Source of the DNA: a candidate division FCPU426 bacterium
GTDB lineage: Bacteria > Oederibacteriota > JAAXVQ01 > JAUVAV01
Direction: 5' to 3'
DNA: 64,000 bases
NCBI GenBank assembly: GCA_040756875.1
Contig: JBFLYH010000003.1
Location: forward strand, 64,001-128,000
Shown: positions 27,243-39,800 of the stretch, piece by piece
Numbering within the stretch: position 1 is the first letter of the stretch
Layout: each line of letters opens with the position of its first letter
Program-made: the position numbers and the translations under genes
The notes under the pieces: generated by a model
What the model was told of the DNA's origin: nothing
The model's database searches: none
What the model saw: the letters and a program-made list of their open reading frames with translations, nothing else

Positions 27243-28579
27243 GCTTTCCGGCCGCGCAGGCGCGCGATCATGGAGGCGGCGTGCGCACGCAAACCCTCGG
27301 CCTCGGCCAGGACCACGGCCGGCGGCCCTTCCCGTTTAACACCCTGGGAAGTAAACTCCACCACGCTGGTGTGGCGTTCAAAATCGCGCACGGACAGGGC
27401 CGACGACCACCGCGCCGTGCCGTTGGTCGGCAGCACGTGGTTCGACCCCGCGATGTAGTCACCCAAAGCCTGGGCGGTCATGGGGCCCAGGAACGCCGCG
27501 CCCACCCGGCGGATGCGCGCCAGCCACTGCCGCGGCTGCCGCGTCTGCAGGGAAAGGTGCTCGGGCGCGTATTCTTCGGCTAAGGCCGCGGCTTCGCGCA
27601 GGTCCCTGGTCTTGATCCCCGCGACCATCAGGCCGGCCGGATTGAGCCCGGGGAACGCGGCGGCGATGCACCGGATCTCCGTTGCCACGGCCGCGAGCAG
27701 CTGCCGCGAAGGCGTCAAGAGCAGCGCGACCGCGCCTGACCCGTGCTCAGCCTGGGCAAGCAGGTCCCAGGCCAGCTGGTCGGGCCGGGCCGAATCGTCG
27801 GCCAGAATCAGAATCTCGCTGGGACCGGCCAGGCTGTCGATGCCCACCTGCCCCACCACCTGGCGCTTGGCCTCGGTGCCGAACACGTTGGCTGGCCCCA
27901 CGATTTTGTCCACGGCCGGTACGGTTTCCGTGCCGTAGGCGAACGCAGCCACGGCCACCGCGCCGCCCAGGCGGTAGACCACGTCCACGCCGGCCAGATC
28001 AGCCGCATACAGCAAAGCCGGCAGCACGCGGCCGCCGCGGCCCGGCGGCGTGGCGAGAAGGACCTCCCGCACGCCGGCCACGCGGGCCGGCAGCGCGTTC
28101 ATCAGCACGGTGGACACCAAGGGCGCCATGCCGCCGGGTACGTAGACGCCCACGCGGTCCAGGGGCAGGCGGCGCTCGGAAACGCGCGCGCCCGGCCGCG
28201 CCACCCGGCCGGGCCGGGACTGCTGGCTGCGGTGAAAGGCGCGGATGTGGCCGGCAGCCGTGGCCAGGGCCTGCCGCAGGGCTCTGGGCACGAGCTTGGC
28301 TGCGGCCCGGCGTTCGGATTCGGAAACTTTCAGCGCCGCCCGGGCCGGCTGCCAGCCGTCGAGCAGGCGTTCATACTTCAGGACCGCGCGGTCGCCCTGG
28401 CTCCGGACCGCCGTGATAATCCCGGCCACGGCCTCGCGGGCCGACATCGGCCGCCCGAACGCGCGCAGCGTGCGTTCGTCGCGGCGCACAGCCAGCGGGT
28501 CCGCCAAAGCGGACTGCCGGAGCACAAGTTGCCGCCACTGTTTTTTGCCCGCGGGGGTCGCAAGGTCGATTCGGCGCAT
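27239..28579 (-). CDS. hisD: Histidinol dehydrogenase
   Basis: Motifs 'GVYVPGG', 'AGPSE', 'AQAEH', 'APEHL' and 'GSNHVLPT'. An alternative GTG start lies at 28591. Confidence 0.95.
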   Translation of the reverse strand: MRRIDLATPAGKKQWRQLVLRQSALADPLAVRRDERTLRAFGRPMSAREAVAGIITAVRSQGDRAVLKYERLLDGWQPARAALKVSESERRAAAKLVPRALRQALATAAGHIRAFHRSQQSRPGRVARPGARVSERRLPLDRVGVYVPGGMAPLVSTVLMNALPARVAGVREVLLATPPGRGGRVLPALLYAADLAGVDVVYRLGGAVAVAAFAYGTETVPAVDKIVGPANVFGTEAKRQVVGQVGIDSLAGPSEILILADDSARPDQLAWDLLAQAEHGSGAVALLLTPSRQLLAAVATEIRCIAAAFPGLNPAGLMVAGIKTRDLREAAALAEEYAPEHLSLQTRQPRQWLARIRRVGAAFLGPMTAQALGDYIAGSNHVLPTNGTARWSSALSVRDFERHTSVVEFTSQGVKREGPPAVVLAEAEGLRAHAASMIARLRGRKA

Positions 28580-28615
28580 GTTCGGGGACACTCCGTGGAT
28601 AAGAAAGAAAGGAGT

Positions 28616-28644
28616 ACTATAGCATCCGTCACGCGGAGGGGCAA
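28616..28644 (-). promoter_or_regulatory. Sigma70-type promoter of the his-trp operon
   Basis: TTGCCC-N17-TATAGT with an extended -10 TG. Confidence 0.55.
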
Positions 28645-28706
28645 GGTTTTTCCCGCCGGGAAAAAGACTGTTTTATCCGGGTTTTAAATGCAAACCGGCG
28701 GGCCTG

Positions 28707-29225
28707 CTAGCGGTGCGGCGCGGACTTTTTCCAGTCGGCTTCGAACTGCTCCAGCGCCTGCCGGACCATTGCCGGCTCCTGCAGGTCGAGCATGGCTTCG
28801 TGGTGCAGGGTCAGGCCCCAGTGCGTCCAATTGGCGCTGCCCAGGAGCAGCCGCTTTTGGTCCAGGACGCCCAGCTTCATGTGCATCAGCTGGTCCGGAT
28901 GCGTCAGGGGGTACCAGCGCACTTCCACGCCGGCCTTGGACAGTTGTTCCGCGCCGCGCCGGTTCTGTCGGCCACTCGGGCACAGGATGACCCGCACCTT
29001 GACCCCGCGCTGCGCGGCCTGCTGCAGGGTTTCGATTACTCCCCAGTCGGTCAGAAGATAGACTTCTACGGCGATGTCAGTACGGCTGTCCGCCACGGCG
29101 GTCATGACCAGATCGCGCAACCCCGGGTCGAACTGCAGCCTGGCCCCGCTGTCGGCGCTGGCCGCGGTGCACATGAGAACCGCCAGTGCAGCGGCCCAGC
29201 CCAGTCGGAGCGCGGCCCGTTTCAT
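28707..29225 (-). CDS. Secreted single-HKD phospholipase D / Nuc-like protein
   Basis: 'HMKLGVLDQKRLLLGSANWT' matches HxKxxxxD-x6-GSxN. Signal peptide; ATGA overlap with the murA stop. Confidence 0.8.
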   Translation of the reverse strand: MKRAALRLGWAAALAVLMCTAASADSGARLQFDPGLRDLVMTAVADSRTDIAVEVYLLTDWGVIETLQQAAQRGVKVRVILCPSGRQNRRGAEQLSKAGVEVRWYPLTHPDQLMHMKLGVLDQKRLLLGSANWTHWGLTLHHEAMLDLQEPAMVRQALEQFEADWKKSAPHR

Positions 29226-30484
29226 GCCTTGACGCGCTGTATGGAGGCGCCCAGGGCGGCGAGCTTGCGCTCTAAATGTTCGTACCCCCGGTCCAGATGA
29301 TAAATGCGCGACACCTGGGTCTCGCCCTCGGCTACCAGCGCGGCCAGGATCAAGGCCGCCGAGGCGCGGAGGTCCGAGGCCATCACCTGGGCGCCGGACA
29401 GCGGCCGGCCTCCCCGGATCAGGGCATTGCTGCCCTCGATCTGGATGTCCGCGCCCATGCGGTTCAGTTCCGCCACGTGCATGAAACGGTTCTCCCACAC
29501 GGTTTCCGTGACCACGGACCGGCCGGGAGCCAGGCACATCAGGGCCATCCACTGGGCCTGCAGGTCCGTGGGAAAGCCGGGATAAGGCAGGGTCACGACA
29601 TCCACGGGCCGCAGGGGGGCCTGGCGCGGCGCCAGCCGCAGGACAGTCTCCCCTTCGTGGCGCCATTCCACGCCCGCCTCCTGAAGCTTGCTCTCCAGCG
29701 CCGCCAGATGGCTCGCGGGATACCCTTCCAGCGTCACTTCCCCGCCGGTCATGGCGCCGGCCAGGGCGAGGGTGCCGGCTTCGATCCGGTCCGGGATCAC
29801 GGTCAGGGTCGCGGTCCCCAGTTGTGTTACGCCCTCCACCACGATCCGGCTGCTGCCCGCCCCCTGGATGCGCGCGCCCAGGGCGTTCAAACCATCGGCC
29901 AGATGCATGATTTCCGGCTCGCAGGCCGCGTGTTCCAGAACCGTCCGGCCCTTGGCCAGAACCGCGGCCAATAAGATCGTCACCGTGGCGCCCACGCTGG
30001 CCACATCCAGGTAAATCTCCCCGCCCTTCAGGCCTTGGGGCGCGGCCGCCCGGATGTAGCCGTGCTCCAGCTGCACGCGCGCGCCGAGCGCTTCCAGGCC
30101 CTTGAGGTGCTGGTCAATGGGGCGCAGCCCGATGGCGCACCCTCCGGGTTGGGCCACTTCCGCCTCGCCGAAGCGGCTCAAAAGCGGCGCCAGCACGTAG
30201 ATCGAAGCACGCATGGTGCTGACCAGCTCGTAGGGTGCCCGCCGGTTGGCCAGCTTGGCTGGATCCAGCACCAGGGCATGGTCTTCACGCCGGACGGAAA
30301 CGCCCATCAGCTCCAGCATTTGCGCCATGGTGCGGATGTCCTGCACATCCGGCACGTTCTGCAGGCGGCAAGCCCCTCCGGCGAGCATGCAGGCGGCCAT
30401 GAGCGGCAGGCAGGCGTTTTTAGATCCGCCCACCCGGACCGAACCGGCCAGAGGCCGCCCGCCTTGAATGATGATTTTGTCCAT
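29222..30484 (-). CDS. murA: UDP-N-acetylglucosamine 1-carboxyvinyltransferase
   Basis: Motifs 'GSKNA', 'MRAS', '[10 protein letters not shown]', 'PDRIEAGT', 'PGFPTDLQ' and 'HLDRGYE'. Confidence 0.97.
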   Translation of the reverse strand: MDKIIIQGGRPLAGSVRVGGSKNACLPLMAACMLAGGACRLQNVPDVQDIRTMAQMLELMGVSVRREDHALVLDPAKLANRRAPYELVSTMRASIYVLAPLLSRFGEAEVAQPGGCAIGLRPIDQHLKGLEALGARVQLEHGYIRAAAPQGLKGGEIYLDVASVGATVTILLAAVLAKGRTVLEHAACEPEIMHLADGLNALGARIQGAGSSRIVVEGVTQLGTATLTVIPDRIEAGTLALAGAMTGGEVTLEGYPASHLAALESKLQEAGVEWRHEGETVLRLAPRQAPLRPVDVVTLPYPGFPTDLQAQWMALMCLAPGRSVVTETVWENRFMHVAELNRMGADIQIEGSNALIRGGRPLSGAQVMASDLRASAALILAALVAEGETQVSRIYHLDRGYEHLERKLAALGASIQRVKA

Positions 30485-30533
30485 ATGGATGTTCCTTTTT
30501 AAAAAGGATGCCCCCCGCCAATAACGCTGACGC

Positions 30534-30563
30534 AGTATAGCATTCCAGGCTAGGGGGATGCAA
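30534..30563 (-). promoter_or_regulatory. Sigma70-type promoter of murA
   Basis: TTGCAT-N18-TATACT with an extended -10 TG. Confidence 0.5.
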
Positions 30564-30593
30564 GCAGAGGGCCGGCGGAAGTGCAGACAGGCC

Positions 30594-30741
30594 GTGGAGC
30601 CCCCCGGCGATCCCTGCAGGGACCGAAGGCCGGGGCACCACTAAAAAATCTTGCGTCTCCGGCCCATTCGGCAGGCGACATCCTGCAACGCCGCTGGGGC
30701 CTTCATCCCCAGGCGTGCCCGGGTCTTTCGGCGTTGCAGGG
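30594..30741 (-). mobile_element. Non-autonomous IS200/IS605-like mini-element, copy B
   Basis: Aligns with copy A (GGAGCCCCCCGG ... GGCAGGCGACATCC.TGCAACGC ... GCGTTGCAGGG). Confidence 0.6.
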
Positions 30742-30743
30742 TT

Positions 30744-30781
30744 AAAAAAAACCCTGCCCGCGGAAATCTCCGCGGGCAGGG
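30744..30781 (-). terminator. Rho-independent terminator of the giant gene
   Basis: 13-bp stem CCCTGCCCGCGGA/TCCGCGGGCAGGG followed by T8 on the minus strand. Confidence 0.85.
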
Positions 30782-30814
30782 CGAACTGACCCAGCGCGAT
30801 GGTCCGGCGGCTGC

Positions 30815-33800
30815 CTAGGGCTTCAAGGGCGCGAACGCCGGCGACTGGTTCATCAAACGCATCCCCTCCAGGCGCTGTTCTTCGAACGGGTCCTTGCCCA
30901 GCAACTCGAACTTGAAGGCCGCCTCGGACAGCGTGCCTTCCTCGGCCATCTTGATCACGCGGGAAGCGTGCTTGCCCGTGGCCGTGATCAGACGGCCGTC
31001 CCCGTTGTACTTCATGTAGGTCTTGGCGCCGTCCGTGTCCGTGACTTCCTGGGTCACGGCCAGCACCTTGCCGTCGTCGTCTGACAGGTAGTTGTACTTC
31101 ACCACGCTGCCGGACGCGGTCTTCTTGCTGATCAGCTTCCCGTTCTGGTAGTTGCGCGATTCCAGGAACCCGCCGCTTGGCCCATACACCGTGGCCGTGT
31201 AGGCGTTCGCGGACTTGTCGCCGTACTGGTACACGGTCTTCTGGTTGGCCTGCGTAAACTGCAGCAACTGGCCGTCGGCGTCGTATTCCAGGGTGACGGT
31301 CCCGGCGGCCGTGCGTTCGGTCAGGGTCATCCGGCCGTCGGCCCCGTAATCGAACACCCGCGAGCGGCCGTCCACGTTCTCGGATTTCAGCTGTCCGCTG
31401 TTGTCGTAGAAACGGACGCACAGCGTGCGGTCGGCATACTTGATGGTCTGCGTGAACCCTTGCGCTTCGTAGGTGAAATCGTGGGTCAAGCCGCGGTCGT
31501 CCACGGCCTGCACCACGCGGCCCTGGTCGTCCCGCTTGATCTCCGCGGCCTGCTTCACGTTCTTGTCCACCATCAGGGCGATATCCGCCTGCGGAGAGAC
31601 CGCCGGCGCGCCCGCAAGCGTGGCGCGGGTTTCCTCGACCGCGGGCGCCCCTGTCACAGGGGCCAGCAGCCGTTTGAGCAGCGACGCGTCAAGCAAGCCG
31701 CCGAAAACCTTGTTATAGGCATCGGAGGCAGTCTGCGCCACGGTGCCGGGCACCGAACTGCCCAGCGCTTTGCCGATCGTGCCGGTGCCGATCACCTGGG
31801 TGGCGCCCGCGGCCTGGACGCCCTCCCGTGCTTTGCCGCTCCCGGCTTGCGTGCCGGCCGTCAGGCCGCCGGCCAAGCTCACGCCGCCGGCCTTGTTGCC
31901 CCAGGAGGTGTGGTACTTCCGCAGGTTGGTGGCCGCCGCCGTGGCCAGCCCCTCCTGCCCAAACGGCGAGGCATTGACCGTCACCACCGTGCTCTGCAGC
32001 GGATTGTCGTAGAACTGCGTCACGTCCTCGTTGGCATCCGTCCACATCCAGCCGTCAGACACTTTGTACCAGCTCTCCTCGCTGACGGTCCACTTGGTGC
32101 TGTAGAGGATGGTCTCGGTCGTCCGGGGCGTGTACAGGGCCTTGCCGGTCGTGTCATACGCCTGCTGGTCGTGAATGACCTCCCGGTACTCGTTTTCCGG
32201 CGTGGCCGGATCGTCCTGCTGCACGACCTCGACGTACACGGTCGTCTGTTGGCGACCCACTTCGACCTGTTCGGAACCGGTGACCTTGGTCACCTTGCCC
32301 ACGTCGCCGGTGTAGAAAACGTTGTTGTACTTGCTCATGTCGCGGTAGTCGCCCACCGTGGGCTGGGTGTCCGAAACCACGGTGTAGGAGCGGCTGCTGG
32401 AAGCCGGGCGGTAGCGGTTGCGTTTGGTGAACTGCGCCTCGGTGTAGCGGATGTTGCGGTACTCGGCCACGGCCGTGCCGTCCGCCTGCACCGTGACCAC
32501 CACATCCGCGTAACCGGTCACATCCCCCGTGGAGAACTTGGCCAGCTTGTATTCCGCCAGGGTTTTGGGGGAGGCGGTTTCGCCCGGCGCCTTCCAGGTG
32601 TAGGTTTCCTTTTCGGGATTGTGCTCCGCGATCAGCGTGCGGATCAGGTTGGCGGCCGCGTTCTTATCCATGGACACCAGGCCGTCCGCGGTCGGCGCGT
32701 CCGCCTTGGCGTTCTGGGCCACCAGGGTCTCGCCGGCGAAATAGAAGCCTTTGGAAGCATACTGAATCGTGCCGTTCCAAACCGTCCCGTTCTTGTCCGT
32801 AAAAGTCTCGGTGCCGCTGGTCACGTAGACCTTGTTCTTGGTGGTGGCGGTGTAACGGTGGACCACGCCCTGCGAATCCGTCCACTCCTGCACGTTCCAA
32901 TACTGGTCCATCTTCACCTGCCCGCCGGCCGCGGTTTCGCCCTGGATCCCGACCAAAGCCGCCCCGGAATAGGTATAGGTAAAGGTGCCCAATCCGCCGG
33001 TGGTCGAAGTCCTGCGCTGCGTGGGCACGTCCCAGGTGGTGACGCCCTTGTCGTCCGCGCTGGCGGCGATCTCGTTCATGCCCGTATAGGAATAGGTGGT
33101 GGTCACGCCGTCTTCGCGCTGGCCGCTGGCCGTGGTCACGTAGGTGCCGTCGTTCTGGAACGTGATGTCTTCATCCCAGGTTTCGGTGTTGTTGAGCACC
33201 TGGTGGGTCAGAATGCCGGTGGTGGTGTAGGTTTCCATGCCCACGCCGTTGTGCAGGCCCATGTACAGCGTATAGCTGATGTCCGCCGAGGTGTGGAACG
33301 GACCGGTCGGCGTGTCGGTATACACCCAGGTAAAGGTGCTGCCGTCCTTGTTGACGCGGCTGCGGACCTGGATCGAAGACTGCTCGTAGCCGCCGTTGAT
33401 GGTCCAGACTTCGCTGCCTTGGTTGTCGGTGATGGTGGCGCTGATCGGCCCGTTGTCCGTCAGGTTGTAGATGACCGTGGCATTGGTGACGTAATTGCCG
33501 TAATCGTAGACCACCTCGGCCCAGCGGGGCATCGTGGTCAGGCGGTCCTGGTTTTCGTCCCGGGTGATGTCGTGCTGGATGATGGTCATGGTTTGGCCAT
33601 AGCCCGCGCCGCTGTAACTCACGGCCGCGGTGGTCGGATCGCCGTAATTGTCGTTGCCGTAGTAGTGGGTGACTTCCCGGACCTGTCCGCTGGGATACCA
33701 GCTGCTGTCGCCGTAGGAGCTGTTCTCCACCCCGTGGATGTCGTAAAAAACGGTCTTGTTCTGGCTGCCCCAGCGTACTTCCTTCTTCAACAGGCCGGTC

Positions 33801-36800
33801 CAGTTGTTGTAGCTGTAGGAGGAGTAATAGGTGTCGGTTGACTTTTTCTTTCCGCTGCCGACCGTTTGGCTGGTACTGGACGAACCCTTGCGGCCATGCG
33901 CATCGTAACTGCCGCCGGTATGGACGTAATCGTTTTTCCCGGTGGTGCGGGAATAATTGGTCATGCCCGTATAGGGATTGAAGCCCGTGGTCGTGGTGGT
34001 GACATCGCCTTTCCGGTTCCAGGCCTGCATATAGGTCGCCACGCCGAATTGCGGTTCGTAGGCCGAATACGTCTGGGCCGAACCGTAACGCACGCCCGGC
34101 GAACTGTATTTGTATTGCCAGGAAGAGGAATTCAAACCGGTATGGGGATTGACATTGTAGGAGGTGTAGGTCAGGGCGTCGCCCAACGCGCCGTACAAAT
34201 TGCCGGTCCAGCTGCCGGTGGTAAAACCGTTGGCGTCGTTATAGTTTTCGCTGACCGAGATGGCGGTCCGGGTGATCGTCTTCTTGGGGTTGCCGCTCCA
34301 GTGCAGGTCCTCGGCCCCGGAATCCGCGACTTCCGTGGTTTCGTAGTAGGCGCCTTCGGCCGCGCCGTAGAAACTTCGTTTCTCCTGGTAGACCCCGGCC
34401 CTGGGAACCCCGTGTTCATTGAACCAGGCGTGCGTTTGGTTCAGGCCGCTTTCCGAATAACTTTCCGTGCGGATGCCGGTATTTTCGCTGTAATTCACGG
34501 TCCAATCCGTGGTGGTCCGGCCGTTGTACGGCCCGATGTAGCTGTTGCTGATGGTTTTCAGGTCCACGCCCTTGGCATTGGACCAGGTCTGGCTGTTGGA
34601 CAGATCGCAGGTGGTGTAGGAGTAGGTTTTGACGCCGGTTTCGATATCGTTCGTCATGGTGGTGGTTTTAATCCGTCCGGCAAGCGGGCCGCTGAAACTG
34701 TGGTTCACGGCCTGCCAGGCCATGCCGTGCCCGTCATAATAGGTCGTGGTGCTGGACAAGGCATAATTGCTGTTGATGGCTGAATAGGCCGTGGCCACGG
34801 AAGAGGCGTTGAACCCGGTCTGCAGATCCGGGGTGTAGGTGGTGTAGGTCATATAGACGATGCCGTACAGCGAGTAGTTCCAGCTCTGGTTGATAAACCC
34901 GTTCTGGTCGTAGGTCGAATAAGTGGTGCTGAGATTGTTGACCGCCGTGGAGGCGGCCATGAGCCCGGTCCAGGAGTCCATGGTGTAATCGTTTAAAGTC
35001 CAGACCGCATAATTAAGGGTGATGCCCTCGTTCATCTTGGTCACGGCCGCATCCTGGAAACCGTTGCTGTCGTATGTGGTCCAGCTGTCGCTGAGCATGG
35101 AATGGCTGTAGGTGGCGCGGTTCAGCCCCGTGGTCTTGCTGGAATCGATAATGGTCTCCACGTGCCGTCCGAAGGTGGCGCCCCGATAGCTGTCCGAAAC
35201 GCTGCCCCGGGCATTGCCGCACAAGGTGTCGTATTCAGTGACCGTGCTGGACATGCCGTTGGTGGCCGAGGTCCAGTAATTGATTCCGGTCCAGCGGTTG
35301 GTGGTGAATACCGTGGTGGTCAGGCTGGCCAGGCGGGCGCCGTATTTGTTATCCGACACCGAATAGGTATTGATACCATACGTCGGATCATAATAGGTGG
35401 TCGTGACGGACAGGACCCGGTTGGGGTTGTTTTTATCGTGGGCCGTGCTGACGGTGTAGTTGTTCACGCCGGTGTTTTCATTGACATTGAACACCGTGGT
35501 GGTGTGGCGGCTGCCCAGGGCGCCGTAGTTATTATCCGCCACGCTGTAGTCAATGGAGCCGCTGCCCCACCACTTATAATAGGATTCCGTCCGGCCGTAC
35601 TGGTTGGTGGCCACGGTCGAGACGTTCTGGCCGGTGTAATCACTGGCATTGATATCGGTATGCGTACTCCGCACCGCGAGCAGTCCCCAGTATTGGATCG
35701 TATCCGAGGAAGTGGCTTTGCCCGTGTTCGTGCCGTCAAAACGCGTCACCGTGACGCTGTAGTCGTTAATGGCGACGCTGCTGTTGTTGAGGCCGTTGTC
35801 CTTGCGTGCGTCAAGAATGGTGTGCGTAATCCGGGTGGAAAGCAGGCCGTAATGCGTTTCCGCAAACGATTCATACGCCTGCCCGTAGTTTTGATCGTCA
35901 TACAGCGTAATGGTCGTGCCGTAGCCGTTCGTGGCCAAGGTCGCCTGGTTCAATCCGTTCCAGGGATTGATGTTGTTCACGGTGCGGGTGTTGCGGGTCA
36001 GGCCCAGTCCGAAATTATTCGCCGTGAGGTTGTAGAGTGCCAGGCCGGTGTCTTCGTCGTCAAAGACCGTAACGGTCCTGCCGTAGGCGTTTAGGGTTTC
36101 CGTCTCCTTGTTCAAACCGTTGAACTTGTTGACCACGGAACGGGTGGTCCAGGTTTCGCGGGCGGCGCCGAACCCGAAATTATTGCGTGTATAGGACCCG
36201 GTGACCGTGCCATAGCCGAGGTAGTCGTAATCGGTCCGGATAAAGGAATAAGCGCTCCAGGCTTCGGTCCGTATGTTCAGGCCCGTATCCGGGCTGCCTA
36301 TAATGTTGGTGGTGGTCACGCGGGTCGCCGCGAGGCCGAAATGATTGCTGGTGACGGAGGTGGTCGCGGTACCGTAGTTCGCACTGTCGAAATCCGTGAT
36401 CGTGGTGCCGTAAGAGGTATAGGCGACGCTGCGGATGTTCAGGCCGGAATAGGCGCTGGCCGTAATGTCGGATACATTGTCGCGGGTGGCGCCCAGGCCG
36501 TAATTATTGTGGGCCCGGGACCAATCCGGCACGCCGAAATTCTGGCTCTCGAAGAACGTTTCGGTCCAGCCGTAGTCATTGACGGCAAACGTCCGGGTAT
36601 TGAGTCCGTTCTTCAGGTTGACTTCGGAGTATGTTTGGGTCCGGCGCGCGGCGCCCAGCCCGTAATTGTTTTCCGCCATCGAACGGACAGTCACGCCGTA
36701 AGTGACGTCGTCGTAAAGGGTCGTGGTGCGGCCGTAGGCGTTGCTGGCCACGGTCTGCCGGTTCAAGCCGTTTTCCTGGTTGGCCGTGATGGTGGTATAG

Positions 36801-39800
36801 GTGCTGCGGCTGGCGCGGATGCCGAAATTGTTGTTGGCCAGCGAATACTGTGACACGCCGCTGCGCTGGTCGTCGTAACGGGTGTAGGTCGACCCGTAAG
36901 CATTCGCGGCGTTGGTCTCACGGTTCAGGCCGTTCCAGGTGTTGGCCGATACGCTGGTATACGTCTGCCGGGAGGCGACAATGCCGAAGTTGTTCGTGGT
37001 CCAGGATTCCCGGGTGACGCCGGTGGAGGTGTCGTCGAAATTCGTGATCACCGAACTATAGCGGCTGGCGGCCTGGGTCTGGCGGTTCAACCCGGTGGCC
37101 ACGTTGGCGTCGATGGTGGTCAAGGTCACGCGGGCGTCCTCAATGCCATAGTTGTTCCAGCTCAGGGAGGTTTCGGACGTGCCATAGTGCTCGTCGTCGT
37201 ATTGCGTCAGGGTGGTCCCGTAATTGTTGCAGCCGATGGTGTACTGGTTCAGGCCCGTGTCCGTATTGGCCACGATGGTGGTGTCGGTCTCTTTGGCGGC
37301 GCCCAGGCCGAAGTTGTTGGAGGAGCGCGAGAAGACCGAAACACCGTAATTGTCGTCGTCGAACTGGGTCACCGTGGTGCCGTAGGCATTGACGGCCCGG
37401 GTGGTCGTGTTCAAGCCGGTTTGCAGGTTGGCCGTGATCTCCGTCTCGGTCAGCCGCGAGGCGCCAATTCCGTATACGTTCTGGGCCAAGGAGCGTTCCG
37501 CCACGCCCGTGGAGGCCGCATCGTAATAGGTCCAGGTGGTGCCGTAGCCGTTGACCGCCTTGGTTTCGCGGTTCAAGCCGTTCCAGTCGCTGGCGTCGAT
37601 CTCCGTGCGCGTGGTGCGTGTGGTCAGCAGTCCGAAATAATTCACCGCGTTCGATTCGAGGGAAACGCCGGACCGCTGCTCGTCATAGCGCGTGACGGTT
37701 TCCCCGTACCGGTTCGTGGCCGTGGTGGAGCGGTTCAACCCGTTCCAGGTGTTGCAGACCATCTCGGTGTGCGTGTTCCGCGTGGCGCCCAGGCCGTAGC
37801 GGTTGAGGGCGTCCGAGTTGACGGCCGTGCCGTAGAACTGGTCGTCATAGCGCGTGACCGTGGTGCCGTAGTCGTTGACCGCCGAGGTCTCGCGGTTTAG
37901 GCCGTTCCAGACATTGGCCGTGACCGAAGTTTGGGTGATGCGCGTGGCGTACAAGCCGAAATTATTTTCCGCCAGCGAATGGGTGGCCACGCCCGCATCG
38001 CGGTCGTCATAGTTCGTGGTCGTACGGCCGTAGGCATTGATCGCCGTGGTGCGGGTGTTCAGCCCGCTGTAGGTGTTGGCGTCGATGTCCGTGAAAGTCA
38101 GGCGGCTCGCCCCCAGGCCGAAGTTGTTCTGGGCCAGGGACCATTCCGCCACGCCACTCTGCTGTTCGTCGAAGAACGTCCAGGTCGTGCCGTAGTCATT
38201 TTCCGCGCGGGTGCTGATGTTCAGGCCATTGTGCCGGCTGGCGTTGATTTCCGTGCGGGTCAAACGGGTGGAGCCGAGACCGAAATAATTTTCGGCAACG
38301 GACTCCTCGGCTTTGCCGGTTTCGGCTTCATCGTACTCGGTCCGGGTGAGCGAGTAGGCGTTCCGGGCCGTGGTGCGGATGTTCAGGCCGTTCCAGTCGT
38401 TCGCCTCGATGGCGGTCTCCGAGTACCGGCTGGCGCCCAGGCCGAAATTGTTCCACCCGAACGATTGCTGGGCGATGCCGGTGGACGCACTGTCGTACAG
38501 GGTCAAGGAGCGGCCGTAGGCATTGAGCGCGTCGGTCTGGATATTGAGGCCGTTCCAGGTGTTGGCCGTGACCACGGTATCCGTAAACTGGGAGGCGCCC
38601 AATCCGAAGTTGTTTTCCGCATGCGAGGCGACCGCCACGCCGCTGGCCGCGTGGTCGTATTCCGTGACCGTCCGGCTGTAATCATTGACTGCGATAGTGC
38701 TGCGGTTCAGGCCGGTGTCCGTGTCCGCCTGGATGGAGGAGTACGTGTGGCGCGTGTCGAGCAGCCCGTAGTTGTTGTCAGCCACGGACCAGCGCGCGGT
38801 CCCGAAATTTTCGTTGTCATACACCGTGTAGGTCTGGCCGTAATAATTTTCGGCCAGCGTGGTGTTGTTCAAGCCGTTTTCAATGTTGGCGTTGATGTGA
38901 GTGGCGGTCAGGCGCGTGGACTTCAGGCCGAAGTTGTTAAGCGCCAGGGTTTGCTCGGCCACGCCGTAATGGTCACCGTCGAAATCCGTGTACGTCCAGC
39001 CGTAATCCGAGTTCGCCAGGGTCCACTCATTGAGGCCGTTATAGGTGTTGGCTTCAATGTCTGTCTCGGTATGGCGGGTGGCCCCCAAGCCGAAGTTGTT
39101 GTCAGCGACTGAATTCAGCGCCACGCCGGTCTTCTGTTCTTCAAATTCGGTCTTGGTGGTGCTGTATCGGCTGGTGGCCAGGGTTTCCCGGTTCAGCCCG
39201 TTCCAGGTATTGGCCGAGATTTCCGTATGGGTCTGGCGGGCTGCGCCGATGCCGAAGTTATTGGCCGCTTCGGAGGTCTGCGCCACGCCGTAAACAGCGT
39301 CGTCGTAGCGCGTCAGGGTCTGGCCGTATTGGTTGGAGGCGAAGGTCTCGCGGTTCAAGCCGTTCCAATGGTTGGCCGCAACTTGGGTATGAGTGAACCG
39401 GGTGTCCATCAATCCGAAGTTGTTCAAAGTCAGGGATTGGACCGCCACTCCGGAATCCTCATTGTCAAACAGCGTCAGGGTATTGCCGTACTCGTTGGAG
39501 GCGAAAGTGTGATCGTTCAGGCCGTTGTCCAGATTGGCCGTGATCTTGGTCTGGGAGCGCAGGGTGGCGCCCAGCCCGAAGTTGTTTTGGGCGTAGCTGG
39601 CCGTGGCCACGCCGAATTCCTCGCTGTCATAGATGGTCCGCGTGGTCCCGTAGTCGTTGACCGCGTAGGTCTGCTCGTTGAGTCCGTTGTAGGTGTTGGC
39701 CTGGATATCCGTGAGCGTCTTGCGCGTGGCGCCCAGGCCGAAGTAGTTCAGGGCGAAGGATTGCAGGGACACTCCGCTGTGGACGTCGTCATACGAGGTG

